A stretch of 64,000 nt of DNA, taken from NCBI GenBank assembly GCA_951406725.2, contig OX597827.1, positions 18,662,001-18,726,000 of the forward strand. Direction: 5' to 3'. Position numbers and translations under genes: made by a program. The notes under the pieces were generated by a model, which was not told the DNA's origin, did not search any database, and was given only the letters and a program-made list of their open reading frames with translations. This document shows positions 53,034 to 64,000 of this stretch, in pieces (positions within the stretch are counted from its first letter, which is position 1; every line of letters begins with the position of its first letter). This DNA comes from Octopus vulgaris. Lineage: Eukaryota.

Positions 53034-53750
53034 TATCTTTTTATCTTCAGACACAGAAAAATAAAGAGCTTTTTCTGACATGCTTCATATTTCGTTGGCA
53101 ACGCATCAAAGGGCAATCACTCGGCTCATTCTACCTCAAGCCGTCTTCACTAAAACCCCTCAAGTCTTCCACGTCTCCGTCCTCTCTTCCCACACCCGTC
53201 CAACTCCCAACCGCATCGCTTTCCCTCTCATTACCATTCTTCCACCCTGCTCCTCCCTTCATTCAGGCGTACTTGTAACCTACGCGACTTACTGGTCCGT
53301 AGTTCCCTCCACCCTCCTCTTCCCGATTTCGTGAATACTCCAATTTTCCCGGACTTATTGTCACTCCCGTTCGTTCTAGCCAAGCTCCATCTCGTTCACA
53401 AAGCCCAGCCAGCACACCGTCCACATTTCTGATTCTTTCAGCTACACCCCTTCCGGTGTCATCTGCATCCTTAAAATCTCTCATTCTGATGCATTTTATA
53501 TATTAGTCAAACTGGCCACTTTTTAGCCGAGTAATTCACGGAACATTCTGCTCGGAAAACAGACTGAATTTCTCGCCACTTTCGCTTCGCAATTAATTGA
53601 ATGATTAATTACTTATATGATTATTTTATGGATTTAAATAAATTTCTACGTACAAGCAGATATGTATTGTGATAAAAGAGTTCCTCTAACCACGCAAAAC
53701 GATCATAAACATCGATAAATTACATAACAACATCATCTTCATTTTTACGT

Positions 53751-53793
<43 letters not shown>

Positions 53794-54202
53794 GGAACAC
53801 AAGGAAACAAAAAAACGGTTCCTTTCGATACCAACAAGAAACAATAATGAACTTCTTCACTACACTCAACTATAATATAGCGATTATACCAACTACCGAC
53901 AAAACACCACCACATGGATTCTATTGAGACCAGTAAGAAACGATTATGAACTTTTCTATTGCACTTTTTATAATATTTTTGATAAGGTTCGTTTTTTCAA
54001 GAACTGAAACATGTAAAATTCATAAGAAAATTAAAATTTATCTAATATAGTGGCGTTTTGAAACTTCTTTTTTACAAATATATATATATATATATATACC
54101 GGAGTAAACACATAAATGTGAAACAAGGTGGAAAAAAGAGTACTCAAATACCAGAGGAAGAGTAATATGCTTTATTTAAAAGCAGCAGAAATTTAACAAA
54201 GG

Positions 54203-54240
54203 CTGTTACTCGGAGTTTCACGTTCCCGTTCGTCGGACAG
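54203..54240 (-). ncRNA. Minimal type I hammerhead ribozyme motif (U4C core variant)
   Basis: Minus strand CTGT-CCGACGA-ACG-GGAA-CGT-GAAA-CTC-C-GAG-TA-ACAG within element 54099-54250 abutting (TA)n. Confidence 0.72.
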
Positions 54241-54633
54241 TTTTGTTAAGATGGAACCGAGATGACAATTCGATCCAAACTAGCATAAACGATACACCTT
54301 TAAAATTGGATTTGCTTGATTGGTCCTTTCAAATAACGGACATATGCGAGCGATAAACAAAAATAAACAAAACAAAATAAATGAGTTCAATATAAAATTA
54401 TAAAAATCGAGGAAAATCGAAGAGTTGATTCAAATACATATTGTCATTAATTATGTAGAAAATATAATTCGATTAATACAATTAATACATAAAAACTGAA
54501 ATTAAAATATATTAAAATATATTAAAGTATTTCACAACAGTATATACTCATTCTAAACCATCAATATACATGTATACATCAAGATACACAGATAGATGTG
54601 CGCAGACCACATACATATACAGACATATAAATG

Positions 54634-54715
<82 letters not shown>

Positions 54716-54756
54716 ATATATATGTGTGTGTGTGTATATATATATATGTGTGTGTG

Positions 54757-54791
<35 letters not shown>

Positions 54792-54794
<3 letters not shown>

Positions 54795-54954
54795 CGCACA
54801 GGAGCGACTGTGTGGTAAGAAGCTTGCTTCCCAGCCACATCGTCCCGGGTTCAGTCCCACGACCTAGCACCTTGGGTAAGTGTCTTCTACTATAGCCTCG
54901 GGCCGACCAAAGTCTTGTGAGTGGATTTGGTAGACGGAAACTTAAAGAATCTCG

Positions 54955-54998
<44 letters not shown>

Positions 54999-55220
54999 TT
55001 GTGTTTGTGTCTGTTTGTCACGCCCACCGCAACCACCATCGCTTGACAACTGATGTTTACGTCCCCGTAACTTAGCGGTTCGGCAAAAGAGACCGATAAA
55101 TTAAGTACTAGGCTTACAAAGAAAAAGATCTGGGCTCGCTTTGTTAGACTAAAACCCTTCAAGGTGGTGCTTCAGCATGACTGTGGTCAAATGATTGAAA
55201 CAAGTAAAAGAATAAAAGAA
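54792..55220 (+). mobile_element. SINE family A
   Basis: Match to family. Confidence 0.87.
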
Positions 55221-55230
55221 TATATATATT

Positions 55231-56106
55231 CAGGTTGCGATGGGTAATTGTCGCTATCTTATATTTCGCACATGCGCATTATTTGTTTTTGATCTTGCCG
55301 ACTACACAGTATCGTAGGGTTAGTTGGGCACCGTATGTTAGAAAAGCAGCACCATGTCGCATTTCACTCTGCCAGAAATTTGGAAACGACATGTAATGCT
55401 TGGCATTTGCGCCGGAAGCTAGAGTACGAACAGATGGTGAAGACACAGAATAACCATTGGCTTGCTGTGTCCCCAAAACATGTACCGAGTGTGATAAAAA
55501 TCAAACATCTAATCAACATCTTGGTATTTGGAGTCATCATTAGTGATGGCGAAGTTATTCCTCCATTCATCTTCCCACACGGCCTCAGACACAACACGAA
55601 CGGCTACATCAAGTGTCTGGAGGGGGTAGTGCTGTTCTGGGTCACAAAGGTGGCTGCTAGAAGATCCTATGTTTGGCAACAGAACTCTTCACCATGCCAC
55701 ACAAACAGGAGAGCCCAGTCATGGCTGTCAGACAATTTCTGCGACCATATCACCCCTAACATTTGACCACCTAACTCCCGATACTGCAGCCCCCTTGATT
55801 ATTATGTGTGGGGTGCAGTTGAACGAGAGACCAGCAAAACTCCTTGTAACACCAAAGATGAACTGAAAGCAGGGATTATGAAAGCATTCACCAACTTAAA
55901 CAAGGAAACTGTCCAGAAGAATTGCAGGAGAATCCAAAGTTGTCTGGTGGCAGTGGTTGAAGCCAATGGCGATTTTATTGAATAAATGTACTCTTTAGTA
56001 TTTCAAGATATATTTATGTAATTTTGGTAAATATATCTGTTAAAATGAGATGTCAGTGTTATTTTCATTTTTTGCGTAATTTAGACGACAGTATATTCAC
56101 CGCACC

Positions 56107-56109
<3 letters not shown>
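55231..56109 (+). mobile_element. Internally deleted DD37D (maT-type) Tc1/mariner element
   Basis: KHLINILVFGVIISDG, YVWQQNSSPCHT + 37 aa + PLDYYVWG; degenerate TIRs CAGGTTGCG... / ...CGCACCCT. Confidence 0.82.
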
Positions 56110-56149
<40 letters not shown>

Positions 56150-56211
56150 TCTCTCTCTCTCTCTCTATCTCCCTCTCTCTCTCTTTCTCTTTATATATAT
56201 ATATATACATA

Positions 56212-57501
56212 CAGGGTGAGGAAGCAAAATTTACAATGAACGTTAAGTTGCTTTTTCTCAGGAGGCACTAAGTCAATTGTTTTGAAACCTAGCATATACT
56301 GATGTCATACTCATACCTAACACTATTATCATTACCTTTTCAGAAACTTTTGCCCATATAAGTAATCAGGAAAACAAACGTCAAAGAGTGTGTGATTTGC
56401 TGAATGCACTCGTCACACCAAAGGAGATTTCAAGGATAGTTGGAGTGTCCATAAAGACTGTTTATAATGTAAATAATAGAATGACTAAGAGCAAAACTAT
56501 TACGAGGAAGTCTGGAAGTGGAGGAATCAACAAAAACGTGCCAAAGCTTTTATTAAAGCTCTTAAATCCAAAATCCTAAAGGATCCAACCAAATCCATGA
56601 GAAAAATGGCAATTGAACTTGAGGTAGACAAGAAGACCATTAGAAATACAGTAAAATAATGATTTGAGGTTAAAATCTTACACAAGAACACCAAAACATT
56701 TGTTGACAACAGCTATGAAGGAAAAGAGATTGGAGAGGTGCAAGAAAATTATTACATGGTTCAAGAAAAAGTCCTCCATTGTAACGATCTTTTCAGATGA
56801 AAAGATCTTCACTGTCGATGCTTTTCTGAACAGCAGAAATGACAGATTTATCGCAAAATCAACAGCTGAGGCTAAGGGGACATTCAAAACAAAACATCCT
56901 GCTCAAGTTATGGCTTTTGGTGTTGTGGCTTCCGATGGAAAGAAAATGCCTATAAAATTCTACAAAGCTGATGAAAAGATCAATGTTAATACTTACTACA
57001 AGACTCTGAGATACCAGGTATTGCCATGGCTTAAAGCAAACTACCCAGATGGTAATTATGTATGGACAAAGGATGATGCTCCGGCCCACACAGACAGAAA
57101 AATACAAGATTTCTGCAAATCCAACTTTAGCGATTTTTTGGAATCATGTTTATGGCCACCTTCTAGCCCAGATCTAAACCCTCTGGATTATGCTATTTGG
57201 GGCGTTTTAGAACATGCTACCAATAGAACATCACACAGCAATGTCGACTCTCTTAAAAGATACTATTACAGAAGAATGGGAGAAGTTGTCTCCCGAATAT
57301 TTGAGGAACACTTGTACAAGTTTCAGGAAGCGTGTGAAGGCAGTTATTGAGAAAGAAGGAGGACACATAGAATAAAAACATTTTCTATTATGTAAATTTT
57401 CTTGTGGCAAATAATTCTCATGACTTTCAATAAAATAATTGGTCATACACTGTCTTTCAATCCCTGCCTCAAAATATTGTAAATTTTGCTTCCTCACTCT
57501 G
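56212..57501 (+). mobile_element. Full-length DD37D (maT-type) transposon with disrupted transposase
   Basis: 26-bp TIR CAGGGTGAGGAAGCAAAATTTACAAT (1 mismatch), TA TSD; IFSDEK, KDDAPAH-37 aa-SSPDLNPLDY; frameshifts and stops. Confidence 0.93.
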
Positions 57502-57509
57502 TATATATA

Positions 57510-58064
57510 CGAGCACCCCCACCTCCAATGGACGGTGCTGAGTTGTCAAACATTTAAACCAAATTTTCTCAACCAGCAAAAGAAATAAAGATAGACTTTT
57601 TTTTGTATTCCAAGAAAAACGATTTTACAAATGCATGTTCCCACGGCTTTATCGATCGCGTTTTCACCTGGAATCGATTTTTGTAATTTTTTCAAGACTT
57701 ATACACGCCCTGATACCGTCGGTATCTACATATCAAATTTGAGCGCAATCGGATGGATGATGCCCGAAATCCTAGAAGACACACACAGACAAACGAGGGG
57801 GGTGGCGAATTCCGATCAAAAGGGATCGTGGAAAAAAGGGGGAGGAATTCCGATCAAAAGAGATCGTGAAAAAAAAAAACAGTGGGGCCGATCAACAGGG
57901 ATCGTGTATCACAGAAATGTCAATGTAAAAAGAGAAAACAGATTAGGTTTGTCCTTGGATAGAAAAGCCAACAGAAAAGACCACGGGAACCTTGGGCAAT
58001 AGCGTCATGCAAAAAGAAAACACAGTACAGTAAGTGGGTCTCTTTTTTCCTTTCGTCTTTTTTT

Positions 58065-58143
<79 letters not shown>
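57510..58143 (-). mobile_element. Probable Helitron-like non-autonomous element
   Basis: Minus strand begins in (TCTA)n and ends AGCACC...GGTGCT hairpin + CTCG|T; internal GATC-rich short repeats. Confidence 0.45.
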
Positions 58144-58237
58144 TTACGTAATCAAACAAAGGCCGCATACAGCATACCAATATATTATCGATATGAAGTG
58201 ACAAATATGAAGCGGATGTGAAATTGAAATACAATTG

Positions 58238-58649
58238 GGATCTTTTCGGTTTGAACGGCAGTTTTTTCTAGCGGTGTCATATGAAATTGTCACCCATAAT
58301 TATGACCCTAGTATCAATCTGTTTCAATCTGTTTTAGGTTTAGGGTTAGCGGTGGGGGGAAGGGTATCTTTTTTTTCTTCACAAATGTAAATAAACCCAA
58401 TCTGTTTCTTAAACGAGGGACATATTCATACGGCACAGAATGTTTTTTTACCTCAATAGACGGTCATTGATTGGTTGAAGTTGCAGAAATTGAAGAAAAA
58501 ACCAACAAATATCTTACAAACTATAGAATTTTCTCAATAAAGCCAAGAGAAAAAGATGTTTTATAAACACATTCTACTAGTGTACGAAGTTTAAATTTTG
58601 TAGTTACCTAGAAATTGTTAAAAAACTGCCGTTCAAACCGAAAAGATCC
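58238..58649. mobile_element. MITE copy
   Basis: Same TIRs and body as 44-460; TSD not preserved. Confidence 0.88.
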
Positions 58650-59254
58650 CGAGATTAGACTGGTATGCGGCGACCGGACGCTTCCCATTGATGAATTCCG
58701 GTAGAATGAAATCCTCTGATATCGGATGAGTTCCAGCTCCCATGACAAAAAATTCTCGTCTGCTACGATCTATGTATCTGCTTTTATGGACCAAGTACCT
58801 CTAAGAGAGGATCTCGCAAGGCTTAATAAACGCAGTATTCGAGGTTCTAAGAAGACATCCATTTTGAAGTTTGATATAAAGATTACTTTTTTGTTATTAA
58901 CACTGCTGATGTCGCTAATGATGTATTTATTCCTCTTTATTTACAAAGAAAGAAAAAAAACTGACGGAAAAAATACTGTGAAGTATTGACTAATATTATT
59001 TATATATAACCGTACATTTGATTGAGCTGTAAACATTTTTTTTAATGTTCTGCCTATTAAATATAGTTTTCTCTCCATTACGATGTATATCGCATTCACA
59101 AATGCATTCATAAATCACGATTCAACACAAGTTCATGCAAATGAAAATCGCATCAAAACACAGACTCACGAACACCCATATACGCAATAATATATATACA
59201 TCCATCTTCCCACACACGTGGGCAAATCTCTCTCTATCCCTCCCCTTCTCTTCA

Positions 59255-59290
<36 letters not shown>

Positions 59291-59353
59291 GTATGTATAT
59301 ATATAAATATATATGTATATATGTTTGTATGTATATATATTATATATATAAAT

Positions 59354-59458
<105 letters not shown>

Positions 59459-60212
59459 CGCACACACATGTATACACATGTATATATATATACATGTATA
59501 TATATATACGCACACACATGTATACACATGTATGCACGTATATATGTATGTATGTATATATGCATGCATGTAAGTATGTATGTATGTATGTATGTACGTA
59601 TGTACGTATGTATGTATGTATGTATGTATGTATGTATGTATGTATGTATGTACGTACGCTAATACAAAGACTCAATAAACATCCCCAAGAAAGGTAAAAG
59701 AAAGACAATGAAGAAGAAGGAAGGAAAGAAAGAAAGAAAGAAAGAAGAAAGAAAGAAAGGAAGAAATATCAAACTGATTGGATAAATGAATGAAAGGAAA
59801 GGAAAAAGTGGTGCTTTACAATGAGAGAGAGGGGGATAGGGGAGAGTGAGAATATAAAATGAGGTGGGGGGGGAGAAGTAGAGATATGAGGAAGAAAAAA
59901 GAGGCAGAATGAGAGAGAGAGGGTGAAGTAAGAGGAGATGTTGGAAAGATGGCTAAAAGCAGAAGTAAAAAGAGAAAGGATGAGTTGTGATAGGAAAGCA
60001 GAGAGAGCTATAGAGGGAGATAGAGATGTAGTTAGATAAATAGAGAGAGAGAGGGGGGAGTGAGAGAGAGAAAGAGAGAGAAGGGATTTGGAGACGATTT
60101 GAGTGAATGTTGAAGGAGTGGGAACTAAAAGCGGGGTAGATAGAAAAAAAGAAAGAAAGATAGATAGATCGATATGGATAGATATGGATAGATATGGATT
60201 GATAGATATAGG

Positions 60213-60272
<60 letters not shown>

Positions 60273-60323
60273 AAGATCGATAGATATGGATAGATATGGA
60301 TTGATAGATATAGGTAGATAGAT

Positions 60324-60357
<34 letters not shown>

Positions 60358-60393
60358 CGATAGATAGATAGACCGACAGACAGAGAGACAGAC

Positions 60394-60436
<43 letters not shown>

Positions 60437-60999
60437 CAGACAGATAGAAAGATGGACAGAGAGATTGAAAGAGAGACGGGATCTAGAGACAATTTGGAGT
60501 AAAGAGTGATCGTGAAAAAAGTAAGAGAAAAACGGTGAGAACTACAAAGAGAGGGGGAGGAAAGGGAGAAACGGGATCAGTAAGAGAGAAGTCACTGAGA
60601 ACTAGAGGGAGGGAGGGAGGGAGGTAGAAAGAGGGAGAGAAGGAGAAGGAGAGGGGGTGGGTGATTCGAAGACACTGGGAGAAGTAAAACGAGAAGTGGA
60701 GAACGTGATCGCAACGAGAGATGGGAAGAGAAAAGGAAAGAGTATAAAAGTGTATAGGCGAGCGTGTGTAAGCAGGAGGGGGGGAGAAAGAGTGGGAGAG
60801 AGAAAGAGAATGCAAAACAGAGAGAGAGAGGAGAGGGAGAAAGAGAGAGTGATGGTGCGTAAGTTGGGAGGGTGGGGGGAGTGACTTAGGCATAGATGGC
60901 GCCAGTCACCAGCAATATCTGTTCACGGTTAGTACGGTGCTCTATTCTCAGCCAAGGCCGTCACACATAGTTACACATCAGTGCAGACCGTCAACCATT

Positions 61000-61708
<709 letters not shown>

Positions 61709-62245
61709 GCATTTTGCTCTTTTTCCTCCATTTTGTTTTTAGAAAAGAATAACTAAAAGAGAGACAACAAAACAAAAAAACAAAACAAAGCAAAAAAAAA
61801 GAAAGACAATATACGAAATAAAAATGAAATAAAATAAAATAATATAATAAAAAAAAAACATGTAAAAGTGAATGAAATACGATGAAAAAGTGTCACGCTT
61901 CAGTGAATATCTGTTTTAATTTTTCATTTTAGCAACTTACCGCCATATTGTTTTTATTGGCATCCAGTTTCATTTCTTTTCCTTTTTTTTTACTGTCTTT
62001 CTTTCTTTTGTCTTTTTATTCTTATATTTTTCTTCTTCACTTATTTTTCATACTTTGCTCTTTTTTTTCTCTCTCTTCATAGTTATTCTATCCTTTCTTT
62101 CATTTTATATTTCTTTCTCTCAGGAGCTTTCTTTCTTTCTTTCTTTCTTTCGTTCTTTCTTTCTCTCTGTCTTTCACATATCCATTAATATATTTATTTG
62201 GTTGTTTCTTTGTTTCTTTCAGCCGTCTCTGTTAGGCTTCTGTTC

Positions 62246-62538
62246 ATGCATACATACATACATACATACATACATACATACATACATACATACATGCATA
62301 CATACATACACACATACATGCATACATACATACATGCATGCATGCATGCATGCATACATACATATATACATACATACATACATACATGCATGCATGCATA
62401 CATACATACACACATACATGCATACAAACATACATACATACATACATACATGCATACATACATACATACATACACACATACATACATACATACATACATA
62501 CATGCATACATACATACATACATACATACACACATACA

Positions 62539-62572
<34 letters not shown>

Positions 62573-62752
62573 CATACATACATACATACATACATACATA
62601 CATACATACACACATACATACATACATACATACATACGTACATACATACATACATACATACATGCATACATGCATACATGCATACATACATACATGCATA
62701 CATACGTACATACGTACATACGTACATACATACATACATACATGCATACATG

Positions 62753-62784
<32 letters not shown>

Positions 62785-63170
62785 CATACGCACATGCATA
62801 CATACATACATACATACATGCATAGATACATACATACATACGTGCATGCATGCATGCATACATACATACATACATACATGCATGCATACATGCATACATG
62901 CATGCATGCATACATACATACATACATACATACACACACACATACATACATACATACATACATATATACATACATGCATATATGCATACATACATACATA
63001 CATGCATACACACATACATACATACATACATACATACATACATACATACATACATGCATGTATACATGCATACATGCATACATGCATACATGCATACATA
63101 CATGCATGCATGCATATATAGATACATATATAAAATATGTATGTATATATATATATATACACAGACACAC
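62246..63170. repeat. (CATA)n/(CATG) microsatellite
   Basis: Direct inspection. Confidence 0.97.
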
Positions 63171-63599
63171 ACAACTATAAATTCTTCAAAGTGGTGCCCC
63201 AGCAAGGCCGCTGTTTAATGACTGAAACAAGACAAAGAAAATAAAGATACGCAAAGACACACGTACACACACACACACACACACGCACACACAAACACAT
63301 GCGTACACGCACGCGCGTATACTCGGATTTATTCTTTCTCTTTCTCCATTTTGGCATTGTTTTCTGTTTTGATTTTCGATAACACAAATGGCTATGATGC
63401 TCTAAACTGGATCCGTCACTAGCCTTATTTAACAGCCACACCCGCTGACCCCGGGACAGGGTGTGGGGCAGTGGCTTTTATCTGAGTTCACTTCATTATT
63501 GTTTGCATTCATGTCAAAGAAGGATCAGAGCTTCTGATTACAAAAGAAGAACTCGATGTCGGCATAGATCGCTGCCTACAGTAATACATCTCACCCTTG

Positions 63600-63966
63600 C
63601 GAACCGATGACGGAGCCTCTTTGTGGTCATTTCTCCCAGAAATGACTTGTACTCCGTCGGTTACGAAGGGGAGCGTTCCAGTTAATCCGATCGCCGGAAC
63701 AACCTGCTCGCAAAATTAACGTCTAAGTGGCTGATTACTGCACAAACACGTGTACCCTTAACGTAGTTCTTAGCACGATTCAGCGTGACACAGAATGTGA
63801 CGAGGCTGGCCCTTTGAAATACTGATACAACTCATTCTTGCCAGTTGAGAAGACTGGAACAACGTGAAATAAAGTGTCTTGCTCAAGGACACAACGCCCT
63901 GTCGTGAATCGAACTCACGGCCTTACGATCTGGAGCTGAATACTCTAACCGCTTAGCCACGCGCTT
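63600..63966 (-). mobile_element. CORE-like tRNA-derived SINE (relative of 35095-35410)
   Basis: Minus strand TGGCTAAGCGGTTAGAG...GAGTTCGATTCAC...TGTGTCCTTGAGCAAGACACTTTATTTCACG. Confidence 0.85.
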
Positions 63967-64000
63967 TTAACCACTTACTGGAAATAATTCCCGAATCTCT

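Overview
Eukaryotic, extremely repeat-rich non-genic (intergenic or intronic) DNA, most consistent with an Octopus/coleoid cephalopod genome. That is an inference from the tRNA-derived SINE families, the huge (TA)n/(CA)n/(TACA)n/(ACC)n/(ATC)n tracts and the TTAGGG motifs. No host protein-coding exon could be recognised, and nearly all listed ORFs are microsatellite artefacts. All real coding content is transposon-derived: a long open Penelope-like (Neptune-type) RT + GIY-YIG ORF (23930-26173), a second Penelope GIY-YIG remnant, Tx1/L1-type ORF2 and ORF1 fragments, an R4/Dong-type RLE retrotransposon 3' end, a mariner relic and two DD37D (maT-type) elements. Non-coding mobile DNA includes four families of tRNA-derived SINEs, short Helitrons and an 8-bp-TSD MITE carrying telomeric repeats. 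The most striking signal is a set of at least six unrelated type I hammerhead-ribozyme motifs, including U3-A8 and U4C core variants. Most sit in short fold-back cassettes inserted into (TA)n tracts, which looks like a Penelope-driven, microsatellite-targeted population of non-autonomous ribozyme elements. Also noted are an intron-retaining tRNA-Ile(UAU) copy fused to a SINE inside one TSD, and two pre-miRNA-like hairpins in unique islands. All structures were paired by eye, and element boundaries are approximate to a few bases unless a TIR or TSD is quoted.
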